DNA of 64,000 bases from an archaeon (lineage in GTDB: Archaea > Nanobdellota > Nanobdellia > Woesearchaeales > UBA9642): the NCBI GenBank assembly GCA_043806035.1, contig JAZDHK010000033.1, forward strand, positions 1 through 64,000, in the 5' to 3' direction. This document shows, piece by piece, positions 32,101-42,110 of this stretch. Position 1 is the stretch's first letter. Each line of letters begins with the position of its first letter. A program made the translations under genes and the position numbers. The notes below the pieces were generated by a model. It saw only the letters and a list, made by a program, of their open reading frames with translations. It was not told the origin of the DNA and did no database searches.

Positions 32101-35100
32101 TACACGAGCAGCACGTTCGATGCGGCAGATAACATCATCCCCTTGCAGAACTGCGATGGACTGACGGCAGTGGAAAGCAATCCTTCTGATTATTATGTGG
32201 ATATTGAGGATAGCACGCACGCATTCTACAGGATCAGCGCGCTCGACTGTTCTGCATTCCTTCTCAGTCTCAACAGGACCTTGGAAACTATCCCCGGACG
32301 GAACAGCATCCTCAACCTCTCCACATTCGAGCATCCCAAAGGATGGTATGCTCTCTCTTTTAACATTTCAGACGCGCCCGACGGCAGGTATAAACTCTTC
32401 GTCGTCGCCAACGACTCAGACGGTCTCGGCGACAATTTCACGAGCAAGCACTTCATCCTCGACACAACATCTCCTGTCATCTCAATAAATGATTTCTTCA
32501 ACAACACCGCATCAAGCACGCCTCTTCTTGCGATCAACATGTCGCTCGCAGACAGGTGGGCAATAGATCTTGACGTCACGAGCGTCACGCTCAACAAGAC
32601 GCGTGATGGCATATCGAACGTAACGACAAGGAACTGCACGTCGGGGTTGCTGTGTAGGCAACGGTACGCGTATACGGAGAATGAGTCGTGGGTGTTCTGG
32701 AATCTCTCCACTCTTCCCGAGACGCACGGCATAGGAAGATACGCCATCACGGTGTTTGCAAAAGACAAGGCGGGCAACGAACAAACAGCAACGTTCAATT
32801 ACGTCACGGACGATACCTTGCCCGGGCAGCCGCTCATTAACATCAGCCACGGCATGAATCCGTGGAATACCGGATACGGCAGGGTGTGGACGAGAAGCGC
32901 AACACCAACAATCTATCTTGACTTTGAAGAACCCATCCAGAACATAAGCATTACCGATATTCTCCTGAACGGCGTCAGCATACTCGATGATTTGGAAAGC
33001 ATGGATGCACGACATACAAAATACGCATTAGACAATTCAACACTTCTTGCCAACACGGACAACGTGCTCAATATCACGGCGAGAAAGACGAACGGCAGCG
33101 GCACCTGGGGTCCTGAAGGACAGGTATTTGCACTGCTCACTGAGGATGAGCAGCAGCCCTGGTTTGTCCTCTCTGACGTGTACATGAACACGTGCACGCC
33201 AGCATGCATCGGCACGCTCAGAGGCAACTATTCAGAACCGAACTTCTTCAATCTTGAAATAACGGGAAACATATCCGCACCGTACTATACGGAGACCCCT
33301 CCTGCGCAGCCATTCATCATAACACTCGAACTCAACGAGAGCGATGCGCTCATTTACGCGTCCATGCGGGACAGGGCAGGCAATCTCGCCTATCTCGAAC
33401 GGCAGGGACAGTATGATAATGAAAGCCCTGAACTGGAATTGCTTGAAGTCATCTCTAGACCTGACGGGTATGCTTTTGCAGACAATAATTTCACATGGCG
33501 TGTCAAGAGACTGCAAGGCAATACACCCATACGTGTTAACGTCACCATTCGCGGAAGGATTGTCAGCACGGATTACCAGTATGTCAACTTGCGCAGCACA
33601 GACTCGACGCCCGTGCTGAACGTGAACATCACACCAGACATCAACGGATTCTTCTCCTATGACTTGCCACAAGAACTCATACCTATTACGGGAAGAGAGA
33701 ACAATTACACGTACAACTTGTCCATATATGACCTTGCAGGGAACGTCCTGCTCATCCCGTTGCGTATCGTCTATGATCTCTCACCCCCTCTCATCACCGT
33801 GCAATATCCTGCAGGCCATCCTGCTCGTCCGTATGATATTTTTTCGAATGAGCCACAACCTATGTTCTCGCTGCTCACTGATGAAGGGACGCTGTGCAAT
33901 CTGACCTACTATCCTCAGGACAGCCTCCTGCTTTGGACGGACAGCATAGAGGGATATGGTAGTACGCACCAGCAACGGCCATCCTACCAAATAGATCTCG
34001 TGCATAATGCGTTCAACGTCACCTGTGCAGACCTCGTCGGCAACACCGCCAATGCACCGTACCATTTCTTCTTCGACAATGAAGGTCCGCGCATACGCGC
34101 AATAACCCTTACTACGCCAACGAGCAACTACGATGTCTTCCAGGACGAGAACCACGTGCAGTTCTACGTGTTCAACAGAACAGACACCATCATCAACTTC
34201 AGCATGATGAACAGCACGGGACAGGACGAGCCGTACACGTACTGCAAGTACGACCAGGATGACGTTCCCTACGAGCAGATGGCACTCGATGCAAATTACG
34301 TCTACGGATTCTCAGAATCGAGAAGGGCGACAAACCTGCTCAGCCTCACAAGCAACGAAACACACTACATTGCCTGCGCGGACTTCCTAAACAACACCCT
34401 GCAACAGCCCTACACCAACTACCGTGTCGATCTTTTCTCCAGTCCCACTGCCCCGCTCATCTGGAACGTCAAAGTGGACAACAAGACCGCAGGATACATC
34501 AGGCATTTGACACCAAAACTGGAAGTGTTCGCCAGCAGGTTCTTGACCTCCTGCACATACACGCAATACGTGGGCACGGAGCTTCCACTTCAGCGAGACC
34601 CGACACACAATGGCGTCTATGACTTATTAGACACGGACAACAATCGCATTTTCGATGACATTCTCGACTTACAAAACGGGTTCATCTACCGTTTTGACAT
34701 CAGCTGTCAGGGTGCGGGCAGCGAGACGGCAAGCATAACCGTCATGACCGACAACAGCACCTTCATTACCATCACTGATCCAGAGAACGGCGAGGTATTC
34801 AACGACCCTCTGCGAACCATAACGGTGGTGACAGAGCCGGACAGCAACGTCACCGTGCTCGTTAATAACACCAACCCACGATCGGAATTCACAACCACGC
34901 CAACGCTCATCCTGCAGAACGTCCTGCTACGCTATAACGGCAGCAACAACATCAGTGCACGCACACTCGATCATGCAGAGAACACGGCACAGGACAGCAC
35001 CCTTGTTGTGTACAACATGTCCGGACCCTCAGTTAACATAAGTCTTGCTATCAATGATAACCAGTTCAGCAACCAAGAGCTGTGGATGGTCAACGACACA

Positions 35101-38100
35101 TATAACCTCACCATGAACTTCCAGAGCAGCAATCCTCTCTTCGATATTACCAGGACACGGCTGGTTTTCGAGAATGCAACACATGCACCTGTTGTGTTCA
35201 CTAACACCACAATAGGGAATCGCATGCTGCTCACACCGGCCGCTCCATTCGTTCTCGTGAACGATTACACATTGGCAGTGGTTGCTTATGACCAGTATGG
35301 CGTTGCAGGAAGCACTGCTTTCTTCACCATCCTCATCAGGCCAGTCCCCAAGATAGTCGCCACTAGCCCGCAAGATGGCATTATCGTCTATGATACGGAG
35401 CAGAATTTCTCAGGCACATTCACTCCCTATGCGGAACAAGCGTACCTGCGCATAAACAACAGGACGATCATATCGTCGAATCCAGCATTCCAGTTGACAA
35501 GTACAACATATACGTATGCAAGCGCGCTGTGCCAGGACATTATTCCTGGATTGAATACGTGGACCGTTTTTGCAGCACTCAACGAAACATGGGCAAACAC
35601 ATCAGGAAGCTTGACCCTGCAGCAAAGCCTCCCTCCGAATGTTACGTTGTTCAGCACGCAAGAAAACGTCTTTGTTGACGACAACACCTTTAGGACCAAT
35701 CAAACGCAGGTCAACATCAGCATCAACATCAGCGACGATGACAATGGCTGGTATGTCATCGAGAATGCCACTCATCGCATGGCCAGCGGCAACTTCTCAA
35801 CCCTTCCAGAAACGCACACGTTCACGCTTACCGGCTTGACGAATGGAGCAAGCCGTCACCTCAACATCACCGCACAAGATAAGACGTGCAATGTGCGGGC
35901 AATTGCAGTAACCGTCGTTAATGACAATCAGGCACCACTCATCAACATAACAGAGCCATTCTACTACAATAATCAACTCTTTGCAAGCACGGTGACTCCT
36001 GCATTCGTCATCGATACGGACGAGTCCGCCAGTTGCACGGTCATGTACACGCATAGCGGGGCGTATGGTGAGCCGTACATACTCTATTTAGGTAATGTTT
36101 CAGGGCACCATCACGAACTCCTGCCTGACCAGCAGTACTTCAGCATAGATGTGAACAGCAACGTGAACATCACGTGCAAGGACGTGTTTGGCAACAGCAG
36201 GACCGTCACTCCTTGGCCAACGTTCCGCTTCGACAACACCCCGCCAGCTATAAGTGATTTCACTATCTCTTCCTCTACAGACAGATTCCTCATGACGAGC
36301 CAATCAAACTATGAACGGACATTCTACGTGTTGGACAACAGCACCCGGCTCAAGCTCATCATGAACGAAGGCTATACGTCCTGCAAGTACAGCACGGTCA
36401 GCGAGCCGTACGCGGAAATGGATGTTGATTTCGACAACACGCCCTGGTCGGGCTATACCCGTTATTCTCCCTTCATCAACCTCTCCACCACCTTACAGGA
36501 CTATTACGTGTCCTGTGAGGATCCCAGCCAGAACGCCATCACACCTCCGTATCTTTATCATCTTGCCCATCAGGATGCATTCAGGCTCATCGTCGGCGTA
36601 CGCATGAATGCCAATCTCAACGATACGTTCATCAACCAATTGCATCCGACGCTCTATCTTGACAGAAGCACGACAGATACGAGTTGCTCCTACCGGCAGT
36701 ACATGTTCAACAACAGTGCATGGCAAGATCTGACAGTAGGTCCTGCAGTAGGCTTCAACGGGAATGGATATACTGTCTCTCATGCAGTGGATATGCTGAG
36801 CAACAACACCTACCTGTTCAACATCACCTGCCAACGATTCTTGGAAGTGGATAGGGCAGCATTCATCATCCACACGGACACAAACACGTATGTCAACATC
36901 ACTGATCCAGCAAACAATGTGGTGAGCAGGGATCCATCAATAAACATCACCGTACAACACGAGAACGACAGCAGGCTCATCGTCTTCGTGAACAACACAG
37001 AGCAATACAACCAGACAACAAACGATATGGTACAAACTGCCGTGCCCATTCTCCTGCCTGGCAACGGATCATCGCCAGTCAAGGCACGCATCATCGATCA
37101 TGCAACCAACACGGCAGAGCACACCATAACCCTCGTCTATAACATGACCGGCCCTCTTGCTGCGTTGACGTTGTTCGCCGTGAACGACGCGCCTTACGGC
37201 AGTAACGTAGAGCAGCTCACCAGTGCAGAGATACAACTTGACTCTCTTGAGACACCATCGCGCATCAACCTCGCCAATACAGCCATAACCGTCTTCAATA
37301 CTATGAATCAGCCGGTGAATTTTACGAGAAGCATGCCTCTTGTTCCTGGAAACACGGTACGCATACAGCTCGATAATGCTGCGACTTTGCCTGGGGATTA
37401 TCGTCTTAATGTCGTGGCAAGGGACGCGTTCAACGCATCGGGCAGCACGGCCAGTTTCATTATTGCAGTAAGGAACGCTGCGAACATCCTGTCAGAAAAT
37501 CCCCCTGCGGTTATCACGGAAGCGAATGCGTTGTTCAATGGCACCCTCACACCGTATGCGGACAGGTTTGAACTGCATGTTCTCAGACCGACGCGAGGAT
37601 GGCAGAACGTCACTATATTCACTGCCCCTGCGACAACGTACGCATACACGGCGAGCTGCAGTCTGCTCGAGCAAGGACTGAACGAGTATACACTGTATGC
37701 AGTGCTGAACGGCACTGCCTCCTGGCTGGAACGTACTGTTGAGCTTCAGCCTTCAGGCGTGCCCAATCTCTCTGTTGATGTCACGAGCAGCGTTGGCGTT
37801 GTCAGCAAAGAGAATGCGACAACGTTCAGGACGAATGCATCAGCAGTAAACCTCAGCCTGACTTTCTCTGATGATGACGGCGGCACGTACCGGGTGAATG
37901 GCACAAATCTTAATGTACAAGGACAGTTCAATGAATCCTACACCATCCTCCACCAATTCACGCTCGCCATGCAAGCAGGCCAGGACAGGCTGTATCCTTA
38001 TGACATCAACGTCAACGACAGGAGCTGTAACGAACTCCTCACTATGGTAACTGTCATCAGGGATGACAAGGCACCCATAATCGGTGTGCGTTCCCCCTTC

Positions 38101-41100
38101 CTGGACAGCGGCAGGCTGTACGCGGCGAGCAGAAACGCAGTCATCAATGTCAGCACAGACGAGCAGGCGACCTGTCAACTCACGTATACAAGTGAAAGTG
38201 GTGCTGTGCTTCCTGGAGAATTTGCAAGCGCAGACAATCGAACGCACACGTTCTATGGCGTTTTCCTGAACAACACACCCGTTGTCATAAACTGCACGGA
38301 CGTCTTTGGACACGTTGGCAGGACAACCCCACAAATCTTAACATTCATTGTTGATGACGTCCCACCATCCATCCTCGAATGGGATGTCATCAACCCTAAT
38401 AGTCGCTACTTGCGCAACAGTACGAACAGCACTGATTTCGTCAAGGACTTCATCATTTATAGAGGCAATGGTACGGACATCCGCGTCAAGGTCGATGACC
38501 GGAATGCAACGTGTAAGTATGATTTGAGCACCACTACCTTTGAGAACATGCAATACACGTTAGAAGAATATGACGTGCATAACACACCACCCTACTACGT
38601 GCAGTTCAGAATAGGCAGCCAGCTCAACTTCACGGAAGGAGAAGTCAAGACACTGCACGTCTCTTGTGCCGATCCTGCAGGCAACGTCATGGACCAAAGA
38701 ATAAATGCAGGAGAGACATCATTCTACTATGATCACTTCACGTACAGGATGAACTACACATCTACCATCGGCCTCTTCCTCGGCCTGTACATCAACAACA
38801 AAGAGAACAACTCCTACATCAACAACCTGAACGCGCAATTGCGCGCCATAACCTTCGACGCACTACGCTGCAGATACACCTACTTCATCGACAATGCTGG
38901 CTGGCAGGAGCTTGGCGAAGATATCATGAGCCGTGTTAATTACACGCACACGGCAACAATTGCTCTTGAGAACAACAAGACCTACCGCTTCGACGTGTAC
39001 TGCGACCAGACGAGCCTCGAGCCAGAAACAAAATCCATAACCATCATGACAGACAATTACACCTTCATCCACATCGACACGCCCCGCTCAGGAGAATTCA
39101 CCGATCCCGCACTACTCCTGCAAGGAACGAGCGAACCAGGCAACCTCACCATCACCCTGACAACACCCGATGACCAAAGAACGTACGAACTGCAAACAAC
39201 AGGATCATTCACACAGCCCATCACCTTGTTCGGCGAGCCCGATGGGTTCAGCCAGAACACCATCACGGCACACATCAGAGACAGAGCGGACAACACCGCC
39301 TCAGATACCGTCATGGTGAGCTTTAACTGGTCAGGGCCATTAACTGATGCGCGTGTCGGCATCAACGGCCAGGAACCTATACCTATCACGGACACGACCG
39401 TACGGCAATTGCGCAACATCACCATCGCACTCGACACAGTTGATGCGCGCCTCGATCTTGAAAGAACAAACGTCAGTTTTAGAGACGCAACACACAACAT
39501 ACCCTTCACGAGAACAAACCTGCCCGATGCAATATTCCTCTCCTTCTCACCCCCACGAGTGGATATTGGCAGCTATGACTTAGATATCATTCCCCGCGCG
39601 AATGATGGCAGTGCAGGCCTGCCCCATCACATCATTGTCAGAATACACCCCAACGCCACCATAATCACCGTAGAAAATCCTGCAGAGGACCACACGACGA
39701 CAGCAAGCGTGCTCTTCAATGGTACGCTCGAACCATACGCGAACAGGACATACATTGCATTCACGACAAGCCATGACATCACCACCAGCAACCGCATGAC
39801 CACCTTCAGCTACACGAGCAACTGCCAAGATCTCGTGCACGGCTGGAACGACTACATCATCACCGCATGCATAGAGGAATTCTGCACCCCACTCCAGGGA
39901 AGCATGTATTTAGAAGAACGTATGCCAACCATCAACCTTACGGCAGTCCTGCCCGCATCCAATGTGTATTATGACCCAGCAAATGATGTGTGGAGGACAA
40001 ATCTTGCACGAGTGAACCTCTCGGGAACGGTCGTAGATGACGACGGCTCAACCTTCCTCATCTGGAACGGCTCACGCTACATTTACAACACCACTTACAC
40101 GACACAGCACGAATTCTTCGTCCAAGCAAACCTGACAACTGGCGTCAATAGGGAAGTGGCCAATAATTTCACCTTCCTTGCATTCGATCAAAGCAGCTGC
40201 ACACCCACAACGCTACTGGCAACAGTGCTGTACGATAGCGCACCCCCTCACATTACCTTCAACTATCCCGTCCTGCACCCAGACAGGTCAGGGCATGCCA
40301 ACCAAATCTATGCACGAGAGGATAGCCCTGTCTTCGACATCAGCACGAACGAGCCTGCACGATGCAACCTCACGTACACCATGGCATTCACGGGAGGCAT
40401 CAGCAACACCATTTCCTGCGATGGAGACTTCAGCACGACGCACAGCTGCATAACCTCTCCTATAGAGCAGAACACGCAAACGGTTATCACCTCCTGCGTT
40501 GATGTCTTCGGCAACACGAACACCACACCTGCCATGCGCTTCTTCGTGGACAACATTCCTCCTAACATCACGTGGGGAATAACCACCCCCAATTACACCT
40601 TGCAAGTGCAAGACCAGGCAAGAAACTACACGCTCTATTACAGTAATCTCACCCAGCTCAACATCACCACGCAAGCGGCGGATTATGCAAGCTGCGTATA
40701 CTCCAATGAAACAACACAGTATGAGTTCATGCTGCCCATGTACAACCAGACGCCGCTGGAACGACGATCTGCAGTGCTCGCTCTCATAGAAAACGTCAGC
40801 CAGCACTGGTACATCTCCTGCAGGGACTTCGTCGGCAACACCATCAACGATGCATTTAGAGAATACTACATCACCTTCAATCCCAATGCACTCTATGAGA
40901 TCAGCCTCACCATAGACGGCAAGGGCAACAACTCATTCATCAACAACCTCACACCAACACTGCGTGCAGGTGCAGCGGACATGGAATGGTGCAAGTACAC
41001 CGGACAACGATGGACGGGCAGCGGGTGGGTAGACACGCATCCACTGACGAGCATGACCGTGTATCAGGGAGGGGCGAATGCAACCACACCCTTGCTGGAA

Positions 41101-42099
41101 AACAACAACACGTACCTGTTCAGTGTCACGTGCAAACGCCAACATCAGCTCACGACATTCCAAGAACGAATAATCACCACAACAGACACCACAACCTTCA
41201 TCCACATCGACAACCCAAGTAACGGAGAAGTCTTCAACGACAGCATCATCACCATCGACGGCAGCGCAGAAACACCAGGAACAATTAACGTGAGTGTGCA
41301 GAACAGCAACGGCCTCACCAGATATCCTGCCTTCGCGAGCGAAGGTGCATTCGTGCAGGACATAAGCTTAGTGCGAGGACAAAACACCATCCGCGCACGC
41401 ATTACGGACAGGGCAGGCAATGTTGCAGAGCATGCAATCAACGTCACCTTAGACTTGCTCGGTCCTGAAGTCAGCATAGCCGTAGGTCTCAACGGCAATT
41501 CGCCTGACGAGCACCACACGAGCTTCAGCGGGCAGTACTTGTCCAGCATCCTGCTCAGCATGGAATCAGTGGACCTCCGCTTCAACATCAGTCTTACAGA
41601 AATCAATCTCTCCGATCAAGGACAAGTTCCCTTCACACGAACGTACGGCCTAGGCACGATTACCTTAACTATAGACCCGACGAGATACCTGGGCAATTAC
41701 ACCCTGCGCATCAAAACGTTCGGCAACGATAGCACCATAGGCAGCAGCAAGATCGTCTTCCTCACGATAGACCCGGACATACCAAGCATAACCCTCTCTA
41801 GCCCGCATGATGGCTACGTCAACAATGCCAGCGTACGCTTCTCCGGAAGCATACAGCCCATGGCACAACTGCTCCAGTATGCCGTCTATAATGAGACGGG
41901 AGGAATACGCAGCGGCATCTTGCCTTTCGCGGACAACCTCAACACGACGTTCAACTACGTTGTCAACAACGCACTTACAGAGGGAAGGAACGATTATTAT
42001 GTTACGGCAGTCCTCAATGGACGTTCGAGCAATCCGACGGGCGGCACACTCTACCTGGTCACCAGCCCGCCCAGCATACAAAACGTGACCATAGGCTGA
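26200..42099 (+). CDS. Giant (5299 aa) secreted surface protein/adhesin: Cys-rich N-terminus + many Ig-like domains
   Basis: Sec signal ..LPSAFA|; Cys-rich first ~490 aa; recurrent DxxPP and D.AGN Ig motifs; abundant NxS/T; TATA-like TTTAAAT 26158-26164. Confidence 0.85.
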   Translation: MVERRLLIIALLLGFVLLPSAFAEWGCCCEGAGSGDYVPSAADCAGSFIPDSAFGHAMDADSCYGFCNPSPLSCAVDGTIDYVNGEQCEPPALGTMPCQTFSPQYTAGQLFCFDNCQFNTSNCTQCSSDYCFNSTHLVHCSSVSLEECQSGSCVAGACTSPSCGYTPGTCVPGQPYMYDGSACGHTFFNCTCNTTRCSAGCNAVTGLCNPVSGVTCTLFEGGNMLIYFVGEHACQDNHYLTCQDGGGYGVWDNITCDPSEYCSVTGCQLLSGCTDGEIQCLSGPSYLNCSSNTWFPMNCDPEYVCSSGACINRTLVCTPEECTPNEFSMTCIDNDTYAANTCNMNASGCGEWNNGYGSCSASGQYCNMTTNTCETPPLPPGNPCTDSCLAIGFGCRSDGNLYECMNVTTSAYGPGWCLNWTLNQTCSGGSVCNASAQACTFSSDCPAGARVCADAYTEQICTWNASMSAYRWQSNPCMPSFVCIAGVCAENFSFSGFLFDATNAWLDGQVIVQQGFTQWIFPTVAGRYITLPLIPALYYNLTAKSTGYRPNMTCALLDQTKEINFTLQPLQTIRVFGRVNDTNGNNLSGVNVSTEHFWNLSVNGDYSVLAYEGDFLFTAFHPNYALHQHQFSTLVDQEWNVTLTETSCFWFQKRTPQLMASVVQGQRRVDLFWTNPCNGYKFTLYKSNGSCTNLRPYIQNLTTLSFQDRDIEGGMSYCYAVAVFHDAINGPQTISPPAYVSAMDEHCLNGISSFCSEDRTQLFNCTSTNNATDITAVSHGNATLDRVICLDGNSTSPAKFTYKANCTTCGGLFNMFNYPLSISYRGLVFFSIDEDNDTNRTCSQIPICYAAPTPTVKDAYDSCENVHSCYDYASEAACISDNTSCRVAQAAAQKGCAWQQLQGFSTLGKGVCSPVDESLQDCSQCNNQYFGCSQETCAAYGSCYYNAHRYSMYDAAPIRTCMNKRDVACEWYDLEECAPSQNYSMNHTTHARLTFSNDSLGLGLCALVTEPNPDDPVLNVTSCVKDANNDDSHDCEIGDVSCMLDFNPPITNFSYPSRISDDFFSLNWSTIDEEGHQATTYICFNETTCTPQTTITAHPYQLTADKFNVPGNYTFFYYAEDTAHNLEVVKNFTLFVDKYVNMNVTNFRTYIFDAVADEWKTTLAINFSNPDNELVLCWANLTRQDNHLLIDSDLVINMSEGKEWLQTFENLPDATYLYTWKCYDTVANVNSGVQTLRLAANASIYDEDPVGRILNTTSVTIAAHTHEDGMCRYNESFMPYASMSSSFDPATYVAADNYLHAKTITLPANAAYTYYIQCNLTDGYGNYRIFGKDTNYVWFSIDTQAPITALVDNNGDGIDDQIDHWMPYRGFRLNCLDPAIPAPGEFGCENISYCLGYFCSPTPVTTDELPLTNDVIPYVQYLKYYSTDAGGNGEPQSMTLLSFDNLTPDFTLSLNAFYVTRGLNIITNQTSVVITPDAIDYLFSQATFGQLGTINLPLTNFTITGKLRVLPNTNEMILTFRANAASNYSLKIFNNGTPNRIIFFKDGSHLEHIDHVLPLNTELPFVFDAKGDTFNFSVDNVYLNVTDTTYALGSLKRTASQVQFSDLLVKTTHEYTSGVDSTTITPQTRTLSLGPQALSFTVADFAGNERTKSFNVTLDTQPPSIQITSMRDGMNANVLSTGNAEVGTFFIVNFTINDTNYTGSEQNINLSILNGSGVIFTDSFAEQNAYSERFNFTDLNNSGNSINLSIGTYTLRLEAEDPFGHAAVLDHQFVINDTIPPAFTLSINATRNLSVASHPYMLLRNKQYQLDITASENVNDLQAVLLFVDDGEPRLLDVNGSGMYYTAVIDSRTFRGKNNKAGNITVAAIDLTGNLGSAHVNVTAATLGKSQPSIFIPNVSEKYTRGVETIYGYAPTTNNPEGNLGIRGFLTSNTSLSVDQFFTEAFTDWTWTGNTTSAPPITSSITAYTSSTFDAADNIIPLQNCDGLTAVESNPSDYYVDIEDSTHAFYRISALDCSAFLLSLNRTLETIPGRNSILNLSTFEHPKGWYALSFNISDAPDGRYKLFVVANDSDGLGDNFTSKHFILDTTSPVISINDFFNNTASSTPLLAINMSLADRWAIDLDVTSVTLNKTRDGISNVTTRNCTSGLLCRQRYAYTENESWVFWNLSTLPETHGIGRYAITVFAKDKAGNEQTATFNYVTDDTLPGQPLINISHGMNPWNTGYGRVWTRSATPTIYLDFEEPIQNISITDILLNGVSILDDLESMDARHTKYALDNSTLLANTDNVLNITARKTNGSGTWGPEGQVFALLTEDEQQPWFVLSDVYMNTCTPACIGTLRGNYSEPNFFNLEITGNISAPYYTETPPAQPFIITLELNESDALIYASMRDRAGNLAYLERQGQYDNESPELELLEVISRPDGYAFADNNFTWRVKRLQGNTPIRVNVTIRGRIVSTDYQYVNLRSTDSTPVLNVNITPDINGFFSYDLPQELIPITGRENNYTYNLSIYDLAGNVLLIPLRIVYDLSPPLITVQYPAGHPARPYDIFSNEPQPMFSLLTDEGTLCNLTYYPQDSLLLWTDSIEGYGSTHQQRPSYQIDLVHNAFNVTCADLVGNTANAPYHFFFDNEGPRIRAITLTTPTSNYDVFQDENHVQFYVFNRTDTIINFSMMNSTGQDEPYTYCKYDQDDVPYEQMALDANYVYGFSESRRATNLLSLTSNETHYIACADFLNNTLQQPYTNYRVDLFSSPTAPLIWNVKVDNKTAGYIRHLTPKLEVFASRFLTSCTYTQYVGTELPLQRDPTHNGVYDLLDTDNNRIFDDILDLQNGFIYRFDISCQGAGSETASITVMTDNSTFITITDPENGEVFNDPLRTITVVTEPDSNVTVLVNNTNPRSEFTTTPTLILQNVLLRYNGSNNISARTLDHAENTAQDSTLVVYNMSGPSVNISLAINDNQFSNQELWMVNDTYNLTMNFQSSNPLFDITRTRLVFENATHAPVVFTNTTIGNRMLLTPAAPFVLVNDYTLAVVAYDQYGVAGSTAFFTILIRPVPKIVATSPQDGIIVYDTEQNFSGTFTPYAEQAYLRINNRTIISSNPAFQLTSTTYTYASALCQDIIPGLNTWTVFAALNETWANTSGSLTLQQSLPPNVTLFSTQENVFVDDNTFRTNQTQVNISINISDDDNGWYVIENATHRMASGNFSTLPETHTFTLTGLTNGASRHLNITAQDKTCNVRAIAVTVVNDNQAPLINITEPFYYNNQLFASTVTPAFVIDTDESASCTVMYTHSGAYGEPYILYLGNVSGHHHELLPDQQYFSIDVNSNVNITCKDVFGNSRTVTPWPTFRFDNTPPAISDFTISSSTDRFLMTSQSNYERTFYVLDNSTRLKLIMNEGYTSCKYSTVSEPYAEMDVDFDNTPWSGYTRYSPFINLSTTLQDYYVSCEDPSQNAITPPYLYHLAHQDAFRLIVGVRMNANLNDTFINQLHPTLYLDRSTTDTSCSYRQYMFNNSAWQDLTVGPAVGFNGNGYTVSHAVDMLSNNTYLFNITCQRFLEVDRAAFIIHTDTNTYVNITDPANNVVSRDPSINITVQHENDSRLIVFVNNTEQYNQTTNDMVQTAVPILLPGNGSSPVKARIIDHATNTAEHTITLVYNMTGPLAALTLFAVNDAPYGSNVEQLTSAEIQLDSLETPSRINLANTAITVFNTMNQPVNFTRSMPLVPGNTVRIQLDNAATLPGDYRLNVVARDAFNASGSTASFIIAVRNAANILSENPPAVITEANALFNGTLTPYADRFELHVLRPTRGWQNVTIFTAPATTYAYTASCSLLEQGLNEYTLYAVLNGTASWLERTVELQPSGVPNLSVDVTSSVGVVSKENATTFRTNASAVNLSLTFSDDDGGTYRVNGTNLNVQGQFNESYTILHQFTLAMQAGQDRLYPYDINVNDRSCNELLTMVTVIRDDKAPIIGVRSPFLDSGRLYAASRNAVINVSTDEQATCQLTYTSESGAVLPGEFASADNRTHTFYGVFLNNTPVVINCTDVFGHVGRTTPQILTFIVDDVPPSILEWDVINPNSRYLRNSTNSTDFVKDFIIYRGNGTDIRVKVDDRNATCKYDLSTTTFENMQYTLEEYDVHNTPPYYVQFRIGSQLNFTEGEVKTLHVSCADPAGNVMDQRINAGETSFYYDHFTYRMNYTSTIGLFLGLYINNKENNSYINNLNAQLRAITFDALRCRYTYFIDNAGWQELGEDIMSRVNYTHTATIALENNKTYRFDVYCDQTSLEPETKSITIMTDNYTFIHIDTPRSGEFTDPALLLQGTSEPGNLTITLTTPDDQRTYELQTTGSFTQPITLFGEPDGFSQNTITAHIRDRADNTASDTVMVSFNWSGPLTDARVGINGQEPIPITDTTVRQLRNITIALDTVDARLDLERTNVSFRDATHNIPFTRTNLPDAIFLSFSPPRVDIGSYDLDIIPRANDGSAGLPHHIIVRIHPNATIITVENPAEDHTTTASVLFNGTLEPYANRTYIAFTTSHDITTSNRMTTFSYTSNCQDLVHGWNDYIITACIEEFCTPLQGSMYLEERMPTINLTAVLPASNVYYDPANDVWRTNLARVNLSGTVVDDDGSTFLIWNGSRYIYNTTYTTQHEFFVQANLTTGVNREVANNFTFLAFDQSSCTPTTLLATVLYDSAPPHITFNYPVLHPDRSGHANQIYAREDSPVFDISTNEPARCNLTYTMAFTGGISNTISCDGDFSTTHSCITSPIEQNTQTVITSCVDVFGNTNTTPAMRFFVDNIPPNITWGITTPNYTLQVQDQARNYTLYYSNLTQLNITTQAADYASCVYSNETTQYEFMLPMYNQTPLERRSAVLALIENVSQHWYISCRDFVGNTINDAFREYYITFNPNALYEISLTIDGKGNNSFINNLTPTLRAGAADMEWCKYTGQRWTGSGWVDTHPLTSMTVYQGGANATTPLLENNNTYLFSVTCKRQHQLTTFQERIITTTDTTTFIHIDNPSNGEVFNDSIITIDGSAETPGTINVSVQNSNGLTRYPAFASEGAFVQDISLVRGQNTIRARITDRAGNVAEHAINVTLDLLGPEVSIAVGLNGNSPDEHHTSFSGQYLSSILLSMESVDLRFNISLTEINLSDQGQVPFTRTYGLGTITLTIDPTRYLGNYTLRIKTFGNDSTIGSSKIVFLTIDPDIPSITLSSPHDGYVNNASVRFSGSIQPMAQLLQYAVYNETGGIRSGILPFADNLNTTFNYVVNNALTEGRNDYYVTAVLNGRSSNPTGGTLYLVTSPPSIQNVTIG
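33400..42099 (+). repeat. Four tandem ~715-aa protein super-repeats in the giant ORF
   Basis: PLITVQYP/PLINITEP/PIIGVRSP/PHITFNYP at ~33784, 35932, 38071, 40243; TD..T[FY][IV].I..P at ~34747, 36874, 39049, 41182. Confidence 0.85.
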
Positions 42100-42110
42100 A
42101 GAGGTGAGGT

